DNA from: Candidatus Bathyarchaeota archaeon | GTDB taxonomy: Archaea; Thermoproteota; Bathyarchaeia; Bathyarchaeales; Bathycorpusculaceae | Direction of reading: 5' to 3' | Length of the DNA stretch: 64,000 nucleotides | NCBI GenBank assembly: GCA_963782525.1 | Contig: CAWAKC010000003.1 | Span: 352,001 to 416,000 of the forward strand | The notes under the pieces: generated by a model | Databases searched by the model: none | What the model was told of the DNA's origin: nothing | What the model saw: the letters and a program-made list of their open reading frames with translations, nothing else | Part shown: positions 32,196-40,527 of the stretch, piece by piece | How the letters are laid out: every line of letters begins with the position of its first letter | How positions within the stretch are numbered: position 1 is the stretch's first letter | Translations under genes and position numbers: made by a program

Positions 32196-33665
32196 TTGAA
32201 TGATATAACCATGAAAAAAGACGAACGTAAACCCACAACAACAGATGCTGGGATCCCGGTAGCCAGCGAGGAGTTTTCTCTTACCGTGGGACCTGATGGC
32301 CCAATTCTGCTGCAGGATCACTACCTGATGGAGCAGATGGCTGATTTTAACCGGGAGATGATTCCAGACCGTCAGCCCCATGCAAAGGGTTCGGGGGCCT
32401 TCGGATATTTTGATGTGACCAAAGACGTTAGCGCTTATACAAAAGCGGCCGTGTTCCAACCGGGCACGAAGACCGAGGTGCTGGCCAGATTCTCTCAGGT
32501 GGCAGGCGAGAGCGGCAGCCCCGATACCTGGCGGGATGTGCGCGGCTTTGCGCTCAAATTTTACACCACAGAGGGCAATTATGACATGGTGGGAAACAAC
32601 ACCCCTGTTTTTTTCGTACGCGATCCTATGAAGTTCCAGCACTTCATCCACTCCCAGAAACGACGTGCGAACAACGGCCTGCGCGATAACGACATGCAGT
32701 GGGACTTCTGGACGCTTTCGCCTGAGTCGGCCCATCAGGTCACCATTTTGATGAGTGAACGTGGAGTCCCCAAGAGCTATCGACACATGAACGGCTACTC
32801 GAGCCACACCTATATGTGGATCAATGCCAAAGGCGAGCGCTACTGGGTGAAGTATCACTTCAAGACAAACCAAGGCATCGACTTCCTAACCCAAGAAGAG
32901 GCCGACCGGATTGCCGGTGTTGACGCCGATTGCCACCGCCGCGATCTGTTCGAGGCAATTAAGCGGGGGGATTACCCTAGTTGGAATCTACAAGTCCAGA
33001 TCATGCCCTTCAAAGAGGCCGAGACTTACCGATTCAACCCCTTCGACCTGACTAAGGTCTGGCCCCACGAAGACTACTCAGTGCACGAAGTGGGCAAACT
33101 GACGCTGAACCGCAATCCAAGTGATTTTCAGGCTGAGATTGAGCAGGCTGCATTCGAACCAAACAACCTCGTTCCCGGAATCGGACCAAGCCCCGACAAG
33201 ATGCTGCTAGCCCGCCTAGTTTCCTACTCCGACGCCCATCGAGCTCGCCTGGGGGTCAACTATAAGCAGATTCCAGTCAACCGACCCAAAGTACCAATCC
33301 ACAGCTACAGCAAAGGCGGGGCAATGCGGATGGATAAAGTCTCCGATCCAGTCTATGCGCCCAACTCAAAGGGCGGCCCAAAGGCCGACTCCGAGCGTTA
33401 TCCAGAGGTGGCCATCTGGAGTGCCAGCGGCGAGTTCATCCGTGCCGCCTACACTAAGCGCAAGGACGACGACGATTTCGGCCAGCCCGGCACCCTGGTG
33501 CGCAAGGTTATGGACGATGCGCAGCGCGACCGGCTGGTGTCCAATGTGGTGGGTCATTTGAAAAACGGCGTGTCCGAACCCGTGCTGCAAAGAGCCTTCG
33601 AATACTGGCGCAACATCGATGAGGAAATCGGTGACCGCATCGCCAAAGGCGTGAAAGACGAGTAG
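32196..33665 (+). CDS. katA: Monofunctional small-subunit heme catalase
   Basis: [51 protein letters not shown]; visibly GC-rich relative to flanks. Confidence 0.96.
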   Translation: MNDITMKKDERKPTTTDAGIPVASEEFSLTVGPDGPILLQDHYLMEQMADFNREMIPDRQPHAKGSGAFGYFDVTKDVSAYTKAAVFQPGTKTEVLARFSQVAGESGSPDTWRDVRGFALKFYTTEGNYDMVGNNTPVFFVRDPMKFQHFIHSQKRRANNGLRDNDMQWDFWTLSPESAHQVTILMSERGVPKSYRHMNGYSSHTYMWINAKGERYWVKYHFKTNQGIDFLTQEEADRIAGVDADCHRRDLFEAIKRGDYPSWNLQVQIMPFKEAETYRFNPFDLTKVWPHEDYSVHEVGKLTLNRNPSDFQAEIEQAAFEPNNLVPGIGPSPDKMLLARLVSYSDAHRARLGVNYKQIPVNRPKVPIHSYSKGGAMRMDKVSDPVYAPNSKGGPKADSERYPEVAIWSASGEFIRAAYTKRKDDDDFGQPGTLVRKVMDDAQRDRLVSNVVGHLKNGVSEPVLQRAFEYWRNIDEEIGDRIAKGVKDE

Positions 33666-33752
33666 GACTCCCAAGAGAAGTTCCTGCACGACTTCGTAGC
33701 GGCGTGGAATAATATAATAAACCTTGACCGCTTTGAACTCGCCTGGTTATAG
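33666..33752 (+). pseudogene. katG: C-terminal remnant of catalase-peroxidase KatG
   Basis: DSQEKFLHDFVAAWNNIINLDRFELAWL*, matching the KatG terminal pattern D..EKFV.DFVAAW.KVMNLDRF. Confidence 0.8.
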
Positions 33753-33860
33753 CTAGAGGTAGCTAGCGGCTCGCACCTTCCTTTTTTTGCAATTTCCTTT
33801 TACGCACTTATGGAGCAGATTTCATCTCAAGCTGGCAAAAAACGCCTGAATTGAGGGTTA

Positions 33861-33879
33861 GTGGGACCGCTGGGATTCG
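33861..33879 (-). other. tRNA 3'-end fragment (att-like scar)
   Basis: Reverse complement CGAATCCCAGCGGTCCCAC: part of T-loop and acceptor 3' strand. Confidence 0.5.
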
Positions 33880-34482
33880 TATCTAAGCTATATGTTAATT
33901 CTTATAAGGTATTGCCATCGATAGGGCTATTTTGTGTAGGCAGCTCTGGGGAAAGCGGTAAGCTTTAACCTCTCCCAGGGGCTGCGGGCTTGCCTTTTCC
34001 CCATGGGGTGACCGAGATTTCGGGTCTGTTGCTGATTGAGTGAAGGTTTGGGCTGTGGGAAATGCAAGCGAGTCAGGATACTTAATATCAAGTTTTAAGT
34101 AGCTGAAAGTTGAGCGCTAAATTATTTTTGTTTTGAAGCATCTCGCCTACTTGCATTAGCACCCTTAGGGCTAAGAATGAAGCGGCCAAAGCATTCTTTG
34201 CAGAAGCCTGTTTTGTTTTGGTAGGAAAGTTTGAGGCCGCATTTGCCTTTGCAGTATTTTGGTACTATGAACCTCCAGATTTCAGTTTAGGTATGTACTC
34301 TAGGGTTACGCTTAGGCGTCGTTTGCTGTTGCTCTTGGTTAGTTCTGAGTTGATTCTAGTGTCTTCGCTTCCAGCTGTGCCGTGCCCGACACTCTTTACG
34401 CGCCAGTTACCCAAGTTGCCTCGGACAAGCTGAGGATTCGAAGTAACCAGATAGAATGGTGGGTGATTTGGGAAGCGTAGAT

Positions 34483-34532
34483 GTTAATGGGTAGAAGAAG
34501 ATTGCTGAATTGTCACTTTCTTCTTCTTTTGG
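34483..34532. repeat. Triplet-arm inverted-repeat unit (cluster 9)
   Basis: GGGTAGAAGAAGATTGCTGAATTGTCACTTTCTTCTTCTTT, close copy of about 11349-11391. Confidence 0.85.
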
Positions 34533-34616
34533 CCCAGTAACCATGCAGTCTTCTAAGTTGGGTTTGAGGGTTTGATGTTGATTTATAAGGCTTTAGTAAT
34601 AGTTTACCATTGACGT

Positions 34617-34805
34617 ATGTTTGGTGGGTTCATGAAATTCGGTGTTGTTGTCGAAAAAGATGAATATGGTTACTATGTTGCTTCAGTTCCAGAGTTACCT
34701 GGATGTCACACTCAAGCTAAAACCCTCGATGAAGTTATGAAAAGAATCAAGGAAGACATTGAGGCATGTTTAGAGGTTGAGGGACTAAAAAGTCAGTCAA
34801 ATTAA
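34617..34805 (+). CDS. hicB: HicB-family antitoxin (start probably ATG 34632)
   Basis: YYVASVPELPGCHTQAKTLDEVMKRIKEDI. Confidence 0.9.
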   Translation: MFGGFMKFGVVVEKDEYGYYVASVPELPGCHTQAKTLDEVMKRIKEDIEACLEVEGLKSQSN

Positions 34806-34915
34806 CTGTCGTTTCGGTGCATCCGGAGAAGAAATTGGAATAGGACTGCGCACCAAAAATAATCAAAGACATAAGATTATCCAAAGAGGAATTTTTAGCA
34901 ATACTTCTTCGCTAA
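34806..34915 (+). pseudogene. hicA: HicA toxin C-terminal remnant
   Basis: TVVSVHP..EEIGIGL..KIIKDIRLSKEEFLAIL* across frameshifts; N-terminal GSH motif missing. Confidence 0.7.
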
Positions 34916-34951
34916 ACACTCCTTCCGGCTAAATTGCATGCGTGAATAAGA

Positions 34952-35482
34952 TCATTGCATTTTTTCGATTTCTTGAATAATTTTTGCCAGAAACTTTGGT
35001 TCAATCCTGAACCCTTTACGCACCAAATTTAGCACTGCCTCCTTTGCCTCAGTCTTATCTAATAACTTCTTCCGTATGGCTGTGATTATAACGTAGAGTA
35101 CTCCTTTGACTTTTATGCCCCACGTTTCAGCAAAGGCTCGACCACTAGAGTCATCCATCAACAAAAGAGTATCCTTGCCAATTTCGAGAGCCAAAACTAT
35201 TGCTTGCACTTCACCATGGTGAAGTTCAAAACTGTGGTGCATTATTTTCTGGCAAATTGCCGCCTGTTTTTCGTTAAGCTGCATAGTTTTAAGCCATCCT
35301 TGGTCACATGCATCCTTGATTACGAGTGCGTCACTGTAGCCTTCTTGCAGGCCTATTTCGACTGCTTCTTTGTAACTTTCTTCTGAAATCAGGACTTCAC
35401 CAAACAAGTCTTTGAGTAAGTTGAGTTTGCCAATTTTTGCAAGCCAAATAAGTGGGCTAGTGTTTGAGACTGTTGGTGACAT
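34952..35482 (-). CDS. DUF3368 PIN-domain toxin-like protein
   Basis: VSNTSPLIWL, LHHGEVQAIVLA, LLMDDSSGR, KVKGVL. Confidence 0.9.
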   Translation of the reverse strand: MSPTVSNTSPLIWLAKIGKLNLLKDLFGEVLISEESYKEAVEIGLQEGYSDALVIKDACDQGWLKTMQLNEKQAAICQKIMHHSFELHHGEVQAIVLALEIGKDTLLLMDDSSGRAFAETWGIKVKGVLYVIITAIRKKLLDKTEAKEAVLNLVRKGFRIEPKFLAKIIQEIEKMQ

Positions 35483-35498
35483 GGCGTTGGTGTGTTCC

Positions 35499-35801
35499 TT
35501 AAACTTTCATGTCTTGTTCTAAATCGTGCTCAGAATATTGGATAATGATTCCTTTTTCTTCTAGCATTTTGTAGAGAGCCCACAATGAGACTCCCGCTAA
35601 CTGTGCTGCTTTCCAAGCTGTAACCTGACCCGTTCGGTAAAGTTCAACGGCTTGCTCTATGCTTTTTTCTTTAACGCCGTTTTCGAGAAGTTCACGGATG
35701 AGGGTTGAGCGATCTTTGCCTTCTTTTTTGGCAATTTCTTGGAGTTTCTTTGCTGTTTGGGGCGGTAATCTTAAGGTAATTGTTCCAGACATGTAATTCA
35801 C
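35499..35801 (-). CDS. UPF0175-family antitoxin (RHH and HTH)
   Basis: KDRSTLIRELL, AVELYRTGQVTAWKAAQLAGVS. Confidence 0.9.
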   Translation of the reverse strand: MNYMSGTITLRLPPQTAKKLQEIAKKEGKDRSTLIRELLENGVKEKSIEQAVELYRTGQVTAWKAAQLAGVSLWALYKMLEEKGIIIQYSEHDLEQDMKV

Positions 35802-35859
35802 TGTAATACAATAGATATCAAACGTAACCTATTAAACTTCCCATAAAAACTAAACAATA

Positions 35860-35887
35860 TGGCACCCGGGAAAGGATTCGAACCCCC
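35860..35887 (-). other. tRNA 3'-end fragment (att-like scar)
   Basis: Reverse complement GGGGGTTCGAATCCTTTCCCGGGTGCCA: T-arm, acceptor 3' strand and CCA; no 5' half. Confidence 0.65.
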
Positions 35888-35892
35888 TTGCC

Positions 35893-36050
35893 CTAATAGC
35901 AATTTTTTCTTCTTTCAACATAACGCCTGCACTAACAAAAGAACAACAAACAAAATTTTGGCGTGTTGTTGTTCTTCCGATTAAGTCAGAATTAAGAAGT
36001 TAACTGAAAAGAAGAAGACACAAAAAAATTTCACTCTTCTTCTTCTACCG
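35893..36050. repeat. Triplet-arm inverted-repeat cluster 10
   Basis: Half site 35894-35918 (same as 24096-24120), units at about 35940 and 36010. Confidence 0.88.
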
Positions 36051-36072
36051 ATAAGACCGCACCTATCGGGGG

Positions 36073-37878
36073 TTAGTTGTTGGATAGTTTTTGGGATAGT
36101 TTGAAGCCGCAGGGTCCACAGAGAAACGCCCAGGTATCGTTAAAGTTTGAGATTTGCCACTCTACATGGCTCTGTTTTTGACAGAAAAGGCATCGGTCTT
36201 CTCCGAAATCCATCTGCAACCTTGTCAGAGATTTAGTGTGAAGTGCAAGTTCTTCTATGGTTTGGTTTGTTCCCGAGTTCTCGAGTTTATCGACTTTGGA
36301 GGGTGTTGGGCTGGTTGGTTGGCTTAGGTTTGGGCTTAGTTGGGTTGGTTGTTGATTGTCATTTGTCTCTAATTTACTACTTTGTTCTGTGCTGACTGGA
36401 GTTTGTGGGGGGTTAGGAGGGGTTATTGTCGTTTCGCTTAGAACCTTGGGTAAGGATGGTACTGCGTATTTTTTGCCTATGCGCGTTAGTTTTTCAGCGT
36501 TAAACTCGTAGAAGACCGCTGGGCCCTCATGATCTCGTACCTTGACTTTTTTGCCGCCCAGCACTTCTCTGAGTCGGTAGCCTATTTTTTGTTTGGTAAT
36601 TTCTGCGAATTCAGCGGTATCCATCTTGTTAGGTTTTTTCTCGTCAAGCTTCCCCTCCAAATCCAAAACTAATGTATCCCAGATTTCGGAGAAAGCAAGG
36701 GGTTTATCTTGACGGTAGAGTTTGCAGACTACTTTGACTATGTGGCCTTCTATGGTGTTGGTTTTTTCGTTGAGGCGTTCTTTTTGCAGCATGTCCAGGT
36801 GTTTGCGGAGGTCTTCTTCGATGGTTAATCCATTGATGATTTGAAGTATGGGTTTCCAGAGTTCTTTTAGGCGTCCTTTGACTGAGAGGTTGATTTCGGG
36901 GAGTTCTTGGTCTTTGGTTGCCAGGCGCCATTTTAGCAACATGTTTCTTAGGTTAGTTAGGCGTGTTTGGTCTTCTTTGTTAAAGTCTGCCCAGTCTTTG
37001 GTTGGGTAGCCTTCGACCATGGGTATGATGACTAAGCGTTCGAGGAGTCCTTTTACTCGTGGGAGTTCTTCGGCGGCGAAGATTTTGAGGCAGAAAACTC
37101 GGAAGTATTTGATGGAGCGTTTGTTCTGCGTAATGATTGTTCTTGGGACTACGGCGCCGTGTTTGTAGCCTGCCTTTAGGATCTTTGATTTTTCTATGTC
37201 CTTGTATATGCCTTGCACTTCATCCTCAATTATAACTCCCGGCGAATCGCTGTCATCTAAGAATCCATATACGTCTGCTACTGGGATTGAGACTCCACTT
37301 AGCGGTCGGTAACACAGCCAGCCCAGTATGCTTTGCGCTACGGTTTTGCCGCTTTCGTTATCTCCCAAAAAGAAAGGATAAGGAACCGTACGTATCTTTT
37401 CCTGCTGATAACTAAGCAGCACACACGCAGCTAGGTAATCTTTCCAGATTGAGTCTAAGTCTAAGAAAAGGTTGAATTCGTCGCGAACCTTCCAAAACAG
37501 CGCCTCACGGCTCGGCACTTCGCCCTCGTAGCAGTCGTATGGTTGATAGGGGTACTCGTTGTTTTCTTTGGGCAAAAACGATGTGCCTTCTAAGGAGACT
37601 TCGGGCAAGATTTTGTATGTTTCTTTGTTTGCGGTTAGAAAAGTTGGTTGGCCTTTGTGGTATATGGCTTCGAAGTGTCCTTGCTCACTGTACCCGCTTG
37701 TTTTGTGTGCTTTGGCCTTTTCTTTTTCTTTAGGAAAGAAGTCCTCGCATGCAGCATCAGCCTTACTCAAGATGCCCTTAACGATATCATCATAGTAGGT
37801 ACATGGGCTATCTTTGACTTTCCAGTTGGCGCAGTCAGCGCATCTCTTTCCCCTTCCCCGCTCAACCAAAACAAACAC
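36073..37878 (-). CDS. Putative mobile-element replication protein (Zn-finger, P-loop NTPase/helicase-like core, low-complexity linker, Zn-finger)
   Basis: CADC..C..C; Walker A-like GDNESGKT; Walker B-like VIIEDE; ILKAGYK; CLFC..CGPC. Confidence 0.6.
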   Translation of the reverse strand: MFVLVERGRGKRCADCANWKVKDSPCTYYDDIVKGILSKADAACEDFFPKEKEKAKAHKTSGYSEQGHFEAIYHKGQPTFLTANKETYKILPEVSLEGTSFLPKENNEYPYQPYDCYEGEVPSREALFWKVRDEFNLFLDLDSIWKDYLAACVLLSYQQEKIRTVPYPFFLGDNESGKTVAQSILGWLCYRPLSGVSIPVADVYGFLDDSDSPGVIIEDEVQGIYKDIEKSKILKAGYKHGAVVPRTIITQNKRSIKYFRVFCLKIFAAEELPRVKGLLERLVIIPMVEGYPTKDWADFNKEDQTRLTNLRNMLLKWRLATKDQELPEINLSVKGRLKELWKPILQIINGLTIEEDLRKHLDMLQKERLNEKTNTIEGHIVKVVCKLYRQDKPLAFSEIWDTLVLDLEGKLDEKKPNKMDTAEFAEITKQKIGYRLREVLGGKKVKVRDHEGPAVFYEFNAEKLTRIGKKYAVPSLPKVLSETTITPPNPPQTPVSTEQSSKLETNDNQQPTQLSPNLSQPTSPTPSKVDKLENSGTNQTIEELALHTKSLTRLQMDFGEDRCLFCQKQSHVEWQISNFNDTWAFLCGPCGFKLSQKLSNN

Positions 37879-37883
37879 TTCCG

Positions 37884-38255
37884 TTATTTCTGAGGTTTAG
37901 CTTTGAGCGGTTGTCGGTAGATCTTGTTTCCTTCAAAGAGCCAGTAGCTGTGTTGGTAGCCTTCTTTGTGGTAGCGTTCGTTGATGGTGGCTTTGGAAGT
38001 CTTTAGAATGTTGTATGCTTGGGTCCATTTGTCTTCTGGGTTGTCTGCTTTGTAGGCAGCTTCAAAGGCTCCGAGCTTTGGCCCTTCTTCGCGATCGAAG
38101 TTCAGTTCCGTGAAGATTGTCTCGTCATCGTTTACTTTTTTTGTTTCTTCTTTGACTTCGGGTGGGGTTAGAAGTTCTATGCGTTGCTTAGCTATGTCAA
38201 CTAGTGCCTGACCTGTGTCTCGGAGTTTCACGAAGAATTCGACTTCTGCATTCAC
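37884..38255 (-). CDS. Hypothetical protein, translationally coupled upstream of the replication gene
   Basis: 123-aa ORF, GTG start with GGAGG RBS. Confidence 0.7.
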   Translation of the reverse strand: MNAEVEFFVKLRDTGQALVDIAKQRIELLTPPEVKEETKKVNDDETIFTELNFDREEGPKLGAFEAAYKADNPEDKWTQAYNILKTSKATINERYHKEGYQHSYWLFEGNKIYRQPLKAKPQK

Positions 38256-38474
38256 GCGGATACCTCCGTTTGGGGTGAATGCTTAGTGATCCAAAAGGTC
38301 CAGCCGTTGCTAGTTCTTTGACCTTCAATTTGTTTTGAGGATAAAAGCTCTAAGCAATGTTTTAGTGCGGCGTTCCAGTTGTTCAACTCCGCAGCCGACC
38401 CCTATGTCTTCGACTCGTGAGGGCACCTTGGCAGCACTGAGGTATTCAATTATTCTTTTGTCAATTTCTTTCAT
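38252..38474 (-). CDS. Small winged-helix protein with one frameshift
   Basis: MKEIDKRIIEYLSAAKVPSRVEDI // NNWNAALKHCLELLSSKQIEGQRTSNGWTFW..*; stop overlaps next start (GTGA). Confidence 0.6.
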
Positions 38475-38513
38475 TTTTTATTCCTTGAGCTTTTTATAGA
38501 CAAAGTTTAACTT

Positions 38514-38623
38514 AACCAGTAGCTGACAGATTGTGCTCTGTTTAGCTGTCAGTTACTGACAAAATGCTCTGTTTCACTGTCAGTCACTGACAAAAAAGAG
38601 GATTAACATGTCAGTTAGTGACA
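38514..38623. promoter_or_regulatory. Array of palindromic operator-like sites TGTCAGTNANTGACA
   Basis: 38547-38561, 38578-38592, 38609-38623 (31-bp period) and a degenerate copy at 38514-38528, between divergent HTH genes. Confidence 0.75.
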
Positions 38624-39648
38624 ATTCGGACTTTGAGATGAATAGTTGCGATATTGAGGAGTCTATAGTGAAAGCTTTGTCTTCAGGTCCAAAGACCCCC
38701 GGCGAGCTTTTGAACTGGGTCTTGAAAGAGACGAAAGTGAATGAGCGGACCTATTATCGGCATCTGGATAAGCTACTGAAAAGTAACGCCATTGAGGAGT
38801 CAATAGAGCATAATAGAGATTCAAGGTCTGAATCAAAGTACTATCTAAAGAGTTCCCCATTGCTGGCGAAGCCTGAGCCTTTGGTTGAGGAGGTTTTGCC
38901 TTCAAGGCGATATTTAGAGATAGCTGCTTGGTTGAAAAAGGAACCAGATAATTGGCCCCAACTTGACGCCATAAGAAAGGCAAGGATCGTTTTGAATAAT
39001 TTTGGCTATATTGTTCCAACCATTGAAGATTCATATAAAGACCCCGATAGATACACTTTTGTATGGTCAGACGAAGCTTGCCGCGGACAACGATATGGCG
39101 AATTTGTTCAACCACGATTTTTCAAATTAAAAGACATTTATCGAGCAATCGTTGCTGACTATTCTGCTTCCTCGTCTGGTGAGGCTGTGTTTGTTGGGGC
39201 TTTTGAATCTGATGTTATGGCAGAGCAAGTTGTCTTGTACGAAGATATATACAGACAAATAGAATTTGAACACAAGCCTGTGCAGTTAAAAATCGTTGAG
39301 GAGCCATTTTCGGTTTGTGTTGCAGTTTGCAAAGAAGTAGATGGTGGATTGCGTGTTGTTTATGTAGAAGGGAAAAGCGGAAAGATAGATAAAGAGTGGG
39401 TCAAGGGAGTTTCTAAACAACTAACTGCAAAATATAGAGTTATTTCAACTTGTAAGGACCTGAAAGAGGATACTAAACGTAAAGTTCTGCTAAAGTTCCG
39501 AATTGCCCTTGAGAAGCAGACATTAAAAATTCCCAGTAGATACGTCAAACTTGTTGAGGAACTTTTAGATTACGATTACCACAGTCCATCGAGCGGCTAC
39601 GTCCACGCTATAGCCTTAGCGGTTGATATAGCTGATCGAAAAAGTTAG
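38608..39648 (+). CDS. Winged-helix domain protein (putative regulator)
   Basis: IVKALSSGPKTPGELL..VNERTYYRHLDKLLKSNAIE. Confidence 0.7.
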   Translation: MSVSDNSDFEMNSCDIEESIVKALSSGPKTPGELLNWVLKETKVNERTYYRHLDKLLKSNAIEESIEHNRDSRSESKYYLKSSPLLAKPEPLVEEVLPSRRYLEIAAWLKKEPDNWPQLDAIRKARIVLNNFGYIVPTIEDSYKDPDRYTFVWSDEACRGQRYGEFVQPRFFKLKDIYRAIVADYSASSSGEAVFVGAFESDVMAEQVVLYEDIYRQIEFEHKPVQLKIVEEPFSVCVAVCKEVDGGLRVVYVEGKSGKIDKEWVKGVSKQLTAKYRVISTCKDLKEDTKRKVLLKFRIALEKQTLKIPSRYVKLVEELLDYDYHSPSSGYVHAIALAVDIADRKS

Positions 39649-39911
39649 GGTCATTTTGCTTTGCAAAAACAAAAAAATGAAACAGTAGGGATTTCTACGC
39701 GGGTGTTTAAGTTAAACCTATAACTTTCTAGGCTAAACCGTGTATAACCGTCCTCTCGCCGACTATGAACTTAGGTTTCAAAATATTTTCTATTTCTATT
39801 TTTTTCCTGTGTTAATCAAACTTACCGGAGGCTGACATCATAGAAAGTCGGTTCACTCGAGAACTCGGGAACAAACATCGACCGCAAGCTGATTGTACCA
39901 AGCTATCAGTT

Positions 39912-40460
39912 AACTGGGAGAAGAAGAAGACGTGCAATTTTTTTTAATCTTCTTCTTCTTCTTTTGACCAGGGCTTCTTTTGGCCGAAGTCAAGGCAAAG
40001 ATGTTCACCCCAAAATTTCTACGTGGACAATTCAATTTGGAAGAGGTTATTTACGAGTCTTTTTTTCTTTTGACTCAGCGGCCTTATTACAAACCCCAAA
40101 GAAGAACAACAATCAAAAAACACGTGTTGTTGTTCTATCAACAATACCGTGAGCTTTGGAAGTAGTAGTCGATAGCGCAAATTTCACTTCGACTACTACT
40201 TCTCACACTAAAGAGCTGAGTTTTCAAACGATACCCCTGCAACATGTTTCAAAGGGAAACGCTAATACCGCCTCTTAGTCCTCTTTTCCTCGATGAAAGA
40301 ACAACAACACTGCACTGCCATCTGTTGTTGTTCTCCCAATCAAGGGAAGCAACCAGCTAACTAAAAGAAGAAGAAGCGCCCTGCAGCAACCTTCTTCTTC
40401 TTTTAAAATGTGTTATAGGCGAAAGAACAACAACAAACCAATTTGCAACTGTTATTCTAC
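39912..40460. repeat. Triplet-arm inverted-repeat cluster 11 (six units)
   Basis: Units at about 39920, 40100, 40161, 40296, 40364, 40423. Confidence 0.9.
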
Positions 40461-40527
40461 CATCTAATAATGCTGGGAAAATTGTGTGGCAAATCTTAAG
40501 AAGAGAGCCAACCTTTAATGTTATCCC

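Noticed and set aside
32178-32873. 231-aa minus-strand ORF (and 33366-33689)
   Set aside because: Antisense shadows of the GC-rich catalase
9467-40460. CRISPR array interpretation of the repeats
   Set aside because: No constant direct repeat with regular unique spacers, and no cas genes
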